Shown here piece after piece: positions 12,901-25,582 of a stretch of 64,000 nt of DNA. The DNA is from Raillietiella orientalis (Eukaryota), in the NCBI GenBank assembly GCA_036172245.1, contig JAYWIR010000031.1, forward strand, positions 1 through 64,000, written 5' to 3'. Position numbers and translations under genes: made by a program. Every line of letters starts with the position of its first letter. Position 1 is the stretch's first letter. The notes beneath the pieces were generated by a model that worked only from the letters and a program-made list of their open reading frames with translations, was not told the DNA's origin and searched no databases.

Positions 12901-14268
12901 CTTGAGTGTTCGCAGCCTGAAGCTCCGTATGAACTTGCGGAGATGTTCCGCCGCGTTCGGGAGCTTCAGCCAGTCCCCTGGGAGACGCCACGCTGACGAG
13001 GGGGGGCCCCTGTCGCGCGGATGGATTTCAATCACGATTGGTCGATGGTCGGACAACTCGCACGGTAACTTGCAGCGCCTGCTCACACGAGTGCACAGGT
13101 GCTCGTCAAGGAACACGTGATCGATGTTGTCTTCCATCCCCGGTGCACTGGCTAACAAATTACAGGTGTGCACCGCCATGCACACCTCGTTGACCAGGTC
13201 ACGCTCGGGATTTTGCCATCTGGTTTCAGGCAAACGTTGAAATCGCCTGCAAGCAGATGGGCATTCCGCACGCCTGCTTCGGTCAGCCAGTCTCGCCGGA
13301 GGGCAAGGAAAATCCTCGCCCTCCTGGTCATCAGGTCCTTGCCGCTCGGTGCGTACACGTTCGTGACGATCAGATCTATCGAGTCGGACCACCTGAGAGT
13401 CCGCTGGCCGACACGACCGTGATCGTCGAACCGCACGCCCCTAGCCGCGGCCTCGACGGCTGTCCGAAGCAGGTAGACGACACCGCAACTTTTCGGTCTC
13501 CCACACCTGTACCTCTGCCGCCCTCTGGAGATCCGTTCGATCTCTTGCGCTTGTTGTGCAGAGATCACATGGATCTCCTGCAGCAGCGCAAGGTCGTAGG
13601 ACTCCAGAAGGGCGGCGATGTCTCGACTCCTCCCGGCGTCTGTCATGCCGTTCACGTTCCAAACGGCGATGCGCAGACGACGGCGGGAGGAGATTGCCGG
13701 CATTACTTCTGGGAAGATTAAGGTGTGGGGGAGCCCACCTCTTGCGAGGCAGGCGGGATGTCCATGGGGGTTTCGGCCTTCTCATTCACCTGAGGCACCT
13801 GTTCGGCCTCCACCCCCTCTATCCCCTCCGTGTCCGTCCGTGGGAGTCTCTCGGGCGATGGTTCCCGAGAGTTTCCCACGCTCATGGCACCCTCGCTTGC
13901 GGAAGCCATCTTTTCCCCTTCGACGGGGGAGACCAGCTTTCTTGGCTTTGTGGACTTACTTCCAGACTTCTTGCATGGTGCCGTGGAAACGGAGGCTGCG
14001 CTTCCGGCCTCCACCTCGGGGTCGGTAGTGGAGGACTCTTGAGGGGAGGCCGGACGCCTCACGGCCTTCTTGTTAGCCTTGGAGGGCTCTGGCTGCAACG
14101 AGGCTGCCAGCTCTTCCGTGGCTCGCGCGAAGGCTATGTCATCGATGGTGGTGTCGATGACGGACGCCGCCGCCGGCTCGCTCCCCTCGCTGTTGACAGA
14201 GTCAACAGAGGGGTTGTCGTCAGCAGCGGCGAGTTCTTTTTCGCAGCGGTCGGGAATACGCTCCACCA
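9913..14268 (-). mobile_element. Subfamily A copy 2 (ORF1 C-terminal part, ORF2, 3' UTR)
   Basis: EN start MPAISSRRRLRIAVWNVNG at 13703; 752-aa RT/zinc-finger ORF 10131-12389 (YGDD in place of YADD); frameshifts in the EN-RT linker. Confidence 0.94.
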
Positions 14269-14990
14269 CTTGCATTCCTGTGTGGCCTGCGCAGCCGCTG
14301 GCTCGCTGACTCCGGCCCTAACGTGGCGCACCTCCTTGCAGGAGACTTCAACGTCCACCTGCTAACAGAGGAGAGATGCCGCTTGAGGGAGAAGAAACTG
14401 GTGAGCGAGGTATGCGCGTCCGTGTGCGTGCAAAACTTGCTTGCTGGTGAGCCCGGGATGGAGAGATCGCCGGACCATGCGTTCCTCGATGAACACCTGC
14501 TCTCAAGAGTAGGTCGGAGAGGGCGCCCGCTGTCCGCGATTCCGGATCATCCGAGACTGGAGTTCGAGTTCCTCCCGCCTGGCAAAGGGCCTCCAATGAA
14601 TGTCTGGAGGCTGCCGGCCGACTGGCTTAGCAATTCGGAGGCGGCGGAGCATCTTCGCCAACACCTCCGGGGCTTCGCCATCCGTGAACTCGAGGACTGG
14701 GACGATCTGAAAAGATCGGTCCGCGAGTTCTGCTGCCGGTTCCCTTTGCACCTGCTGCCCCGCGGCTTCGGGGAGGGTGTCGCGAACAGCAGATCCTATC
14801 TGCAGGCGCGTACCTTCTCCCGATGCCCGGACGTTCGGCGTCTGGCGGAGTACAAGGCCAGGGCCGAGCGCCAGGTTAGGCAGTCTGGAGCGGCTTGTCT
14901 GCTCGATGACGCTACCCAGGAATGTTCGGCTGCAGCCGAAGTACATCGCGTAGTCAAGCGCTACTACTCCTCGTTGTATGCGGAGGAGCC
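14269..14990 (+). mobile_element. Second fragment of subfamily D (EN C-terminus and linker)
   Basis: 14269-14692 duplicates ~7357-7780 (AHLLAGDFNVHLLTEERCRL...) and then continues further into ORF2. Confidence 0.9.
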
Positions 14991-17900
14991 CATTGTTGCG
15001 GTAACAGCGCCTTTATCCAGTCCGTCTTTGCTGAAGAAGCGTCGAAGCAGGTCTGTGGCAGTGTTCTGAGGACGATTAAGTGCCGAAGCAGGTCTGTGGC
15101 AGTGTTCTGAGGACGATTAAGTGCCGAAGCAAGTCTCCGTTATAACACCTGCAAGTCATTACACTCAAGGAGCAGGTGCGTAAGCGATTTTACCGCCCTG
15201 CACCTGAGGCAGTTCGGGGAGACGACTCCCCCTGTAACCAAGTTTCTGCGCTTATTGCACTGGAATCCCCAGTGCAGAAAAAGAAGAACATCCTGTTTCA
15301 ATCGAAGCGGGAACACTGAGCTGTCCACACACAAGGAAGGGACCACGAGATCTTCGGGGAGTAATCCGAGAACCTCACTCCAACAAAGAAGTCCCTTTTC
15401 CAGGTAACGAGGAGTGGCAGCGTCTACCAACACGCTCGTTCTGCAGCCGCTCAACAGTCTTCTCACTCCTGCAATGCTGCAGAAGAACTCCCACCTTGCC
15501 GGTTGACTACTATCGTTGTTTGCCTTGAGAGCAGACAGCGCTGCGGCGATGGGTGAGACGACTATCCGGGACCAAAGCGACCAGTCCTGTAGGATCACTC
15601 CTAGCGGTTTGCGTAAGAGGCCCTGTAAGGGTCGCAGTTGCTCTGGGCGCACATCCAAAGTAAACGTCCAGTGCTCCAGAGCTTCCTGCTGCCAAGCATT
15701 CCAATTGGAGGGGCGGCAGGAAATCCAGGAATGAGCTAACAGCAACGAGGACAAGTGCCTCAGTGGGTAGCCAAATCCAGTTCTCCGGCGAAGGTTGCGC
15801 GGCAGCAACGAAAGCAATCCTGCACTGCTGACACATCGCTGGAGAATATGGCGAGCCGGAGCACACCAGTGACTAGACCACAATTTCCCACATAGGTATA
15901 GAAGCCGGAACTGCACTTGCAGTCCAATCTTCTGGATGGTCAAGATGCCCAGGCCTGCGTCCTGGCATGGCGCCACCAAATCTTTGAGGCGAACCCTGGA
16001 TCGCACAGCGCCCCACAAGACCTTACGTAGGAGACGCTGCGCCCGGAGTTTAACCACATAGGGAGGCGGGCAAACAAAAAATAAGGGGCGGAGGAGGAGG
16101 GCAAGTAAAGTGTTCCATATGCACGCCCTTTCCGGCAAGACGAACTTGCCTCACAGGAACGGGCCTATAGCCATCTCTGCCTTTTGAAGACAGGCCGACC
16201 ACGATTCAGACGAGCAGAAGTCGCCCAACGGTACGCCAAGGTACTTGAAGTACCTGACCGTGGGGATCCCCAGGCGGATCCAGTCGGCCTGTCCCTCCCA
16301 CGACGCACCCACCGGCACGACGGAGCACTTCGCCCTGTTAACGCTCATGCCCGCTTCACGACGGATCAGCTCGAAGAAGTCTTGGACCGAGTCCGGCCGA
16401 GTAGACATGGGCAACAGAAGCAGAAGGTCGTCGGCGTATGCTGCCGCGGACGGAGTGCACGGAGAGGCGCTGGGCAGGACGGCCAGCGTCAGCCTGTACG
16501 CTTTTAGCACCAACTCAAAGTAGATGCTGAAGAGCAACGGGATTAAGCTGTCGCCCTGTCTGATGCCTCTGCGCACGGCCACTCCGTACACACGGGAGCC
16601 ACTGAAATACAAGTTGATAATCGCGTGGCGCCAGCAGGAGCGCAAGTACAGGAGAAGATGATTCGGAAGCCCAAGACGCTCCAGGAGCTTTAAGAGGAGT
16701 TCCTGGTTTACGCAGTTGAATGCTTTGTGCAAATTTACTGCTAGTGCCAAGACTCCCAGCCTTTCTTCCGTCCGTCCGCACTGGAGCACGCAGTCGGCAG
16801 AAGGTCTTGCCGCTGTTCGGCTATCCGCCGCAACGCGCTCTTGAAGCTGCTACCAGGTGCGCGCGAAAAGAAGGTTCGCATCCATGGATCTACCCGCTAC
16901 AGCGTAAGACTGCTCCGGGCTTACCACGGACTCCGCGACTTTCCCTAAGCGCGTGACCCACAGCTTCGAAAACAACTTGACGCCCGTATTCCATAATGTG
17001 AACGGACGCCAGTTGTTGAGTGGGCGCAGATCCCCTCCTTTCGGAAGGAGACGCACCCTCGCTGAGCGGAAGGAAGAAGGGACATCGCCGGTCACCCACA
17101 TCAGCGTCTAGATTCTGAGCACCAGTGGGGCGAGTTCCGCCGCGAAGCTCTGATTGAACTCCGCGGTCAGCCCGTTCTCACCTGGCGTCTTCCGTCTCTT
17201 GAGTCCTGCGATGGTGGAAGAAACTTCCTCCAACGTGAAGGGCTCGTCGAGACGAGCGCGTTCCTCCTCGCCGATGCCATGTGCAGCCCGCGGCAAAAGT
17301 AGTTCGGAGAGGACTCTTTCCGTCGGGAAATTAGCGTACAGCAAGGAGAAGTGACGCTTTAGTGCTCGCCGCACTTCGGCAGGAGCCGTGCATTCCCGGC
17401 CTTGGTCGTCGAGCAGAATAGCCGCTCCAGACTGCCAGACCTGGCGCTTGGCCCTCGCCTTGTACTCTGCGAGTTGCCAAACTTCCGCACGTCTCGAAAA
17501 GGTGCGCGCCTGCATAAATGCTCTTCTATTGGCCACGCCTTCCCCGAAGCCGCGTGGTAGCAGGTGCAGGGGGAACCGGTCGCAAAACTCACGAACCGAT
17601 CTTTTAAGATGTTCCCAGTCTGCGAGCTGCCGGATGGCAAAGCCGCGAAGGAACTGGCGAAGATGCTCCGCCGCCTCCGGATGACTGAGCCAATCCGCCG
17701 GCATCCTCCAAACATTGTTCGGAGGTCCCTTGCCCGGCGGGAGTAGCTCGAACTCCAGCCTATCATGGTCCCATAACGTGGACGGCGCCCTCCCTCTCCT
17801 TCCCACTCGTGAGAGTAGGTGTTCATCGAGGTGGACGTGATCCACGCACCTTTCCAGTCCAGGCTCGCCGGCTTCCAAGTTACGCGCGTGCACCGACGCG

Positions 17901-20590
17901 CATGCCTCTTTCACCCGCGACCGATCCGCCAGGGACCTCGTTTAGTTGGAAAGCAGGTGGACGTTGAAGTCCCTGCGACGAGATGTGTCACTCTGGCTCC
18001 GGAGTTCCTGAGCCATTGGCTCTCCAGCACATCGAAGAACTCGATTCTTTCGGCGCGCAGATGAAAGCCGCTCGGCGCGTAGACGTTCGTCAGGACGAGG
18101 TCGATTGAATCTGACCACTTGAGTACAAGTTTGCCCATTCGCCCTTCCTGGTCGAATCGAACGCTGCGCACCGCTCCCGCCATCCTACTATTGACGAGAA
18201 AACCGACTCCGCACGATTGTGCAGAACCTTCTCGCCAGTACAGAGTGCCACCCGCGCGCTGTTCGATTTCGGCAACCTCCGCATCGGAGATGTAATGCAT
18301 CTCCTGAAGTATCGCCAAATCGAAATGCCGCAGGGTGTCTGACACGTCGCGCCTCTTTCCGTCCCTGCGCAGCCCATTGACGTTCCAACAGGCTACGCTG
18401 AATCGACGAAAAGAGGCGACTTCCTGCATTAAGGCTGGGAAGGTGAGCACAGATTTCTCGCCTTGTCCGGCGAGTGGTCACGAGACAGAGCGGTCGATCT
18501 CAGAGACTGGAAATCTCCATTCGAAGCCGCACTGCTTGTTGCCGGTAGCTCAGAGGTGAGGTCCTTTTCCTCCTCTTTGCTCCCCAGCAACAGTTCCTCC
18601 TCAGCAACCACGCGCTTGCGGGTCTTCGGGAGGCGATTGCGCGGTTTCGAACGGTTGTCGCGCTGTGTGCTCTTTCTGTCGGACTCTGGATCAGAATCCG
18701 ACAGTCGAGGGCTTGCCAGGCGTTGCTGCTGTTTCCCGGAATTAGGAAAATCGTTCGCTGCCTGTTTCCTAGCGCATTCTGCTACTGCGGCTGGGACTTT
18801 CGTCCTTTTAGCCGCAGCAGCAGCTTCCCGCTCCATCCGCGAGAGGACGACTGCGCAGGAGGAAAGAATCGCAATCTTTTTCTGGGAAGGTTTCGCGGGT
18901 TTGATTCGCCCACTCACCTTCACACAGAGCTGCGAAGACCTTGATGGTTTCTTTCTAATGATCTTTCTCACCTGCATCCAGCCGTCTTCCTTCGCGTCGC
19001 AGTTATCTTTGCCATCCTGAGATGGCGCTGCTTCCACGGATGTAAGAGGCGTTGCCTTGGCTGCCTCTTGGAGTGCTGCCTCCACGCAGGCGTAAGCAAC
19101 TTTTTTGCGATCGCGAGAGGCGCTGCCTCTTCCAGATCGGAGTGTTCGTGCGTTGCCTTTGCGACCGTTGGGGGCACTGCTGTAGCGGTTGTGCTCGCCC
19201 TAGCAGTTGCTTCCTTGGCCGCAGTAGGCGCTGCGTCAGAGCGCGAGGACTGCGGGTTTGCCGGCTGTTTCTTCGCGGCACTCGGTGCCTGGGGCACCTT
19301 GGCCGCGGTAGCTTCAGACGGCGCGGTGTTCTTTGCCCGCGGGCGCGTTTTTCCCTTATCGGGCGACCGACCGCATTCCGCGCCGCTCGTCGGGGCCTTG
19401 GTACGAGGCTTCGCGGTCGTGATGCCGACAGTAGGAAGCTTTTTGACCTTCGGCACAATGTCTCCTGCATTCAACAATTGGCTGCGAGGTCTCGTAGAAA
19501 GGTCGCATTCTTTGCGAGCTTCCTTCGGGTCGATAGCCGGAGGCTTTGCCGCGACGAGTTTTTTTGTGTTTTTCACCCCTTCTTTGTGGGGGCGAGAAAC
19601 AGTTTTTTGCACGTGCGTGGTCGCGGTTTTCGCAACGCTTTTTGAAGCTTTGATGTTTCTTTCTCTCGATTCGCGGCGATTATTCCGCGATGCGGAACGC
19701 GATTCGTTCCTGCGCTTTTCGTTTTTTAAAAGGAGCTCCGGGCACGTTCCTTTAGTGTGCCCGTGCTCGTTGCAGTAACGGCAAGCGGCCGAGGGACACT
19801 TCGTAATGCGGTGACCCTCCTGCCCGCATTCCGCGCATACACGCGTTTGCCCGGCAAACCACAGGCGGACGGTCATTCCATCCACCTGCAGTCGCGTGGG
19901 CATTGCACGGCGATCCGTCATCGTCACTCGCACTTGCGCGAGCCCGCTGTGGTGGTCTTCGAACCCTTCAGCAGGGTTTGGCAGTCTCCAAAGCGCGTGG
20001 ACGGTAGCGAATTTTTCAAGGGCCTCCACGACCTGTCGGTCCGAAAGGCCCTTGCTCAGTCCACTCAGCCGGACAACGAACGACTGATCCGTAGTGGTGA
20101 AGAGTATTTCCTGCCCACGAATGAGCAGCGGCGTGTGCAGCAAACGCTGCGTAAGGAGAGCGTCCTTACTGGACATCTCCCAGTAGTCGCACCCACTCAT
20201 GGGCATGATGGACTCCAGTTGGCCTTTTTGAACTCCAATCCGTTGGAGTTCCTGGCCAAACTCGCGCCCAACCCGCTCAGGCATAAGGACACTTACCTTA
20301 TACCTGAGTGCAGACGTGTAGCCATTTGCTACATACGCCTGAAGCTCAGAGCTGTCGGGCGAAGGTCCCATCGTAGCCGCGAGGGCAGCGACCTGGGCGA
20401 ATGTCTTCGCCGTCGGCGAGGACAGAGGCTCCTTGCTGGCAGCCGAAGCAGCCATTTGAGGAGCAGGTGGCGTTCCCTTCTTGCGGCTGATGTTCTTCTT
20501 GGCTCCCATTGCAGCACAGAAGCACAGCAGAACAAAAACACGCAAGAGCCAATCTACCGCGGAGCGACGCAAAAGCACGTCCGTACGCAA
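14991..20590 (-). mobile_element. Subfamily E, near-full-length but disrupted element lacking its 3' UTR
   Basis: ORF1 ~20509-18429 (two CCHC knuckles, frameshift near 19085); ORF2 18429-15140 with WNVNG, LQEMH, NWRP, QGDSL, YADD and CLRC..H..C, broken by stops and frameshifts. Confidence 0.93.
15043..15131. repeat. 41-bp tandem duplication
   Basis: cgaagcaggtctgtggcagtgttctgaggacgattaagtgc at 15043 and 15084, partial third unit at 15125. Confidence 0.92.
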
Positions 20591-22294
20591 CCGTCGCTGA
20601 TGCGTGAGACGGGAGATGTTCCCGCTTCTTTCCGCTCAGCAAAGGTGCGTCTCCTGCCGAAAGGCGGTGATTTGCGCCACCTCAGCAACTGGCGTCCGAT
20701 CTCTTTGGTGAATTCGGACGTCAAGTTGTTCTCCAAGCTATGGGTCGCGCGGCTGGGGAGAATCGCGGAGTCCTTGGTAAGTCCGGAGCAGACGTATGCT
20801 GTTCCGGGGCGGTCGATGGAAGCGAATCTCTTCTTCGCGCGAACATGGTTCGAGTTGCAGCAGCGCGTGGCGAAGCAGAGCCAGGCAGCCGAAATCGCCG
20901 CTGCCAAAGGTAAGCGGCGGTGTTCAAGGCACGATGGAACGCCGGGAGCCTTAGCGGTCGCCGTCGACCTCTGCAAAGCGTTCGACTGTGTAGACCAGCA
21001 ACTCCTCTTGGCGTACCCTCGCCATCGCAGCGAAGATGTGGAGCACCCCGTGGTGCATTCCGGCTAGCCTTCTCGCCAGTCGTGTGTCCCGGTGCGAGGG
21101 ACTTTCGTCTTTTCTTGTGTGCCCCGGCCGGAAGATCAGAAGATGCGGCCTACAGCTCGGGCGCATGGCATCGTTGGCCATGGAGAACAGCTGGATGGTT
21201 TGCTGCCCCGCCGACTCCTCCGCCTGGCTGGAGGAGAACATCGGAACCTGGGCAGTGGTGAACCAGAGAAGCCACGTAACGTGGAATCGTCTCCGATGCG
21301 GCCTCTACGCCCGCTGCACTCTGAGGAATTTCCTGGAGAATCCAGGTAGAAGCACGTGGGCAGAGACAACTTGCTTGGCTACGGCGCTGCCCTTCCTGAG
21401 GAGGGCGCTTTACAGCAGTCGGACGCCAAGGTGGCAAGTCTCCTGCTGCATCGAGGGACGGGAGAAGAGAATGAGCGGCTGGACCATGGGTCAACTGGCG
21501 GACGCCACGACCCCGAGCGTCCAGCCGCGAGGACTAAGAAGATGGGGCGAGCTGCTGGTCATCCCTACGGATGTGCTGAAGTGGCCCCTGCTTCTTCAGG
21601 AATCCAGGATCCTGCCCCTTAAGTGGAAAGAGTCGGCGTTGCTGTTGTTGCATTGGGGTTTACCCTGCAACGCACGCCGCTCCCACTGGACAAGAGGAGT
21701 TGTGGATCCTGCGTGTGTCAGGTGCGGAGAGCGGGAATCGCTCTCCCACCTTATTGTGGACTGTGCTGCCCTCCGTCCCCTTTGGGAACGGTTTGGGACG
21801 ACCCTCGGTCTCCCTACGGGCAGTTCCCCTAGAGACGTTTTTCGGCCCCTCTTCGTGAAGGACGCCCTGCAGCCAGCCGCAGCCATCGCAGCCTTGTGCT
21901 GCGTCCGAGGCATCGTGGCGGCATGGAGCGACACCAACAAGGAAGGAGTGGGTCAACACGCGAGGGATGTCATCCCATATGCCCAACGCTTCTTGCGGAG
22001 AGCTGCTGGATGGCCCCAACTGGGGAACATACGAATGGACCTCGAGGGCTTCCTTCAACGGATGGGCCCTCCTCTCAGCGAACAGTGATCCCTTCCCTGC
22101 CCTCCAACCTCTTTTGTTTGTTTGCGTTTTTATTTTTACTTTTGTTTTTTCCCCATCCCCTTTCGCTGCCGGAGAGTGCCACGCCGGGCTGCGTTCCGGC
22201 GTCCCGGTAGGTCCCGTGCATAAGGCCGTGAGCGGGGCCTGGTACCGCAATTGTAGAGTTTTTTATTAATAAACGCCCCGGGCGTACCCGGGTG
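20591..22294 (+). mobile_element. Subfamily F 3' portion with internal deletion of the RT core
   Basis: LMRETGDVP...NWRPISLVN...DLCKAFD jumps at ~21010 to the post-RT region (QGD and YADD missing); zinc finger; stop at 22088; 3' UTR, AATAAA 22268 and terminal hairpin. Confidence 0.9.
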
Positions 22295-25005
22295 GCAACT
22301 CCAAATCCCCGAGGCAGGCGGTGCAAAGTGAAATCCTCGCAGAACTCGCGGACCGAGACCTTCATGCGGTCCCAATCTCCGAGGTTGCGGAGGATGACGC
22401 CTCTCAGGAACTGACGGAGATGTTCCGCCGCACCGGAGATGCGCGTCCAGTCCCCTGGCATACGCCACGCCCTGGATGGTGGTCCTTTGTCGCGTGGCAT
22501 AATTTTGATCATCAACCGGAAGTGGTCCGATAGCGTCGACGGAAGTTTCCCTCGTCTGCCGACCCATGGGCACAGGTCGGCGTCAAGGAAGACGTGGTCT
22601 ACGCTTTGGGCCATTTCCGGTAGGTCCCCCAGCAAGTTGCGCGTACGCATAGCGGCGCACAACTCGTTGGTTGCGTCTTTTTGCCTGCAAGGCACACCTG
22701 AGAGCAGGCGGATGTTGAAATCCCCACCGATCAGATGTGCCTTGCGTACGTTTGTATCCGCCAGCCAGTCGCGCTTCAGGGTTTCGAGGAACCGGGAACG
22801 TTCCCCGTACCCGCGTCCTCCGCTCGGAGCGTACACATTAGTCACGACAAGGTCGATCGAGTCGGACCACCTAAGGATAAGCTGGCCAACCCGACTGTCC
22901 TTGTCGAATCGTACGTCCTTGACGAAGGAAGCGACTGCTGGCTTCATAAAAAACGCGACGCCACAGGTGTTGCGAGCGCCGCATTGCCAAAATAGACGAC
23001 CCCCTGCGATCCTTTCGATCTCCTGGGCGTTCTCCGCGGTGATCACGTGGATCTCCTGCAGGAGTGCCAGGTCGAAGTCACGCAGGATGTCGGCCGTGTC
23101 CCGCCTGTTGCCGTCATCGCGCAGCCCGTTGACGTTCCAGCAGGCTACGCGTATCCTACGGCGACAGGCGAGTCCAGGTGTTAATCCTGGGAAATTGGCA
23201 ATGGGGCTCCCGCCACCTTGTCGGGCGGGACGCTAGGAGGAGGGGGTGCGTCGCGCACCGCTTCTCCCTCCTCCATGGAGGACGAATCGTCGTCGGGGCC
23301 TTGCAGAGGAAGTAGGGGTTCACCCACCTGTACATCCTCCTCCATGGGGGTCGCTAGCTGCACGGTGTCGGGGAATGAGATATTCCCACCCTCGCTTCCC
23401 ACGCTGCCGGCTTCCCCCTCGGGGGCCGATTCATCCGCCTCCTTATTGATCCGGATGCGCCTCCTGGGATTCTGAGACTTCCGTCCCGTCTTCTTTGGTG
23501 ACGCCTTCGCTGAAGAGGACGCACTTTCGACGTCCGGATCGGCCTCACCTGCCTCCGGAACCTTCCTCGCGGCCGTCCTTCGCAAGGCTTTTCGCGAGTT
23601 CTTTTCACGGCCTTGCAGTTCAGCCGTGAGTTCTTCCACCGCCTGCTGGAAAGCGGCCTCCTCGATCGCGTCGAGCGTGGCGCGCGGTTCCCCCTCTGTT
23701 TCGCCAGAGGGTTCACCATCGACCGTCGCGGCTTCGGCGGACGCGAGGGGGGGGATTGCTCCCCCGGCGGCGGCATCGGGTGACTGCACACGTTCTAATT
23801 TTACCGAACACGCGCGGAGCTTTTCGCGGCACGGTTTTTCGCGCTGCGTTTTTGTTTTCACCGCGTTTCGTTCGGGACTCCAGGGATTTCTTCGTGGCTG
23901 TACCGTCTGCCAGCCTTCGCCGTCACCAGCGTCGTCGGGAGTGTTCTCAACCGACGTTTGCTGTGAGGGCTTAGGGACTGGCATCTGGGTGTTTACAGCC
24001 TGTTTCTGTGTATGCGTCTCTCCCGTGCGTTTCCCCTTTGCCTTTTTGGCAGCGGATGGGGACGGGATTTCTCTTCTTGGGCACACCTTACGGATGTGGC
24101 CCTTATTTCCACATAAGTGGCATTGGATGTTAGGGCACCGCTTTTTTAGATACCCTGTAGCATCGCAATGGCCACAATACTTGGGCTTACCCACGTACCA
24201 AACATCGACTTTTTCTTCGCCGATATTCAGTTTGTGGGGAAGCCCACCATGCTCTGGTAGGGTGACGCGGGCTGCGGCCATCCCACTGAATAGCCTTCCG
24301 TACGTTCGGAAGACATTGGGTTTGGCCCAATACGCGTGCACACTACTATGCTTCGACAGCTCCTCATGGACGCTGGTTTTGTCCATTCGGAGTGATACGC
24401 CCGTGAGGTGGACCACGACGGAGCGGTCCTCCGTCACAGGGAAGATCCTGTGGCCGTCCTCCGTAATAGGGGTGTTCAGCAGTCGCTGCGCCAGACTTGC
24501 CTCTTTGCATGTCAGCTCAACTCGCTGGCCCCACTAAGGACGGATAGGCCTAAAAGGTCTTCCTCCCTCACGTTCAGCCTTTGCAGCTCCATTTCGAAAG
24601 AGCGTGCAATTTTTTCATCAAACACACTGCCTACCTTATAGATTAGAGACGGCTTGTAGCCGCTGTCCTTGTAGGCAGTCTGCTCCGCCACTGCAGCCGG
24701 GGATGGTGCAGCAACGACGTCACTTCAACTCCTCGCCAATGGCGAAGAGGGTCGCGAAGGGGCGGTTGCCCCCGATTCCGATGGGGCAAGTGCCCCGGAT
24801 TCCGTGGGGGCAGATGCCCCCACTTTCATTGGTGGAGGAGTGCATGTCGCTTCTCCTCCTCCAACTTCCATCGCGGTGTCCTCAGGCATTTCTGCCATGG
24901 GACACCGGTGCTCCCACACACCATACAACCAACGAAAAGCTTCCCACTGACCAGTCCGTGGAGCGATGCGAAACCACGTCCGCTCCCTAGAACGACACGG
25001 GGAAG
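22295..25005 (-). mobile_element. Subfamily G: 5' UTR, ORF1 and endonuclease, 3'-truncated
   Basis: ORF1 from ~24899 to 23181 (disrupted; CGHC..C and CHLCGNKGHIRKVC knuckles); EN motifs NVYAP, GDFN and SDH in 22075-23046. Confidence 0.92.
24975..24981 (-). promoter_or_regulatory. DPE-like GGACGTG internal-promoter motif (also at 20576-20582 and 4734-4740)
   Basis: The same 7-mer followed by NTTT...TC(G/A)CTCC occurs near the 5' end of three diverged elements; it matches the RGWCGTG downstream promoter element known from Drosophila LINEs. Confidence 0.6.
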
Positions 25006-25582
25006 TTTTTACCCGGTCACGCCGGGGCGTTTATTCCTAAACACTTTGTTTTCGCGGTACGAGGCCCCGCTACGGCCAATAGTTCTTTGGACCTGCCGGG
25101 AAGCCGGCTCGCAGGCCGGCTTGACTCTCCTTGGCAGCGGAGGGGGTAGGGGGTAAAAACGAAAAGAAAAATAAAAGAAATAAACGAAAAGAAACTATTT
25201 GGAGGGCCGGGAAGGGATCACAGCCCGCTGGAGGAAGAGACCATCCTTTCGAGGATGCCCTCGAGGTCCCTCTTCATTGTTCCCAGATGGGACCAGCCGA
25301 TCGCGATTCGCAGGTATCGACCAGCGTGTACGATGGGATCCCTGTCGCTGCTTCCTCTGTTGGCTGTGCTCCACGCGGCCACAATCCCTCGGAGGCAGCA
25401 AAGTGCTGCCAGGGCTGAGGCTGGTGTCAGGGCGTGTCGCACGAAGAGGAGTCTCATAACGTCTCTGGGGGTGCTGCCTACCGGCATTGAGAGGTTCGTA
25501 GCAAAACGTTCCCACAAGGGCCGGAGGGCAGCGCAGTCCACTAACAGATGGGGGAGGGATTCCTTCTCCCCGCACACTGCAC
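25006..25582 (-). mobile_element. Subfamily H 3'-terminal fragment
   Basis: CAVCGEKESLPHLLVDC...LEGILERM, stop at 25218, then conserved 3' UTR and AATAAA/hairpin. Confidence 0.88.

Larger units (their letters stand above)
30..13563. repeat. Large inverted repeat: arms ~30-4117 and ~9484-13563, spacer ~5.4 kb
   Basis: ORF translations pair up almost identically on opposite strands (2972-3577+/10024-10629-, 2696-3433-/10168-10905+), including the same A|B junction. Confidence 0.93.

Noticed and set aside
15043..15131. 41-bp repeats as a CRISPR-like array
   Set aside because: Units are directly adjacent with no spacers, there are only two full copies, they lie inside a retrotransposon, and the context is eukaryotic.
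5770..24537. Long antisense ORFs (5770-6660, 13556-14365, 19068-19778, 23626-24537, first part of 19757-21067)
   Set aside because: Shadow ORFs of GC-rich retrotransposon coding sequence, with no independent motifs.
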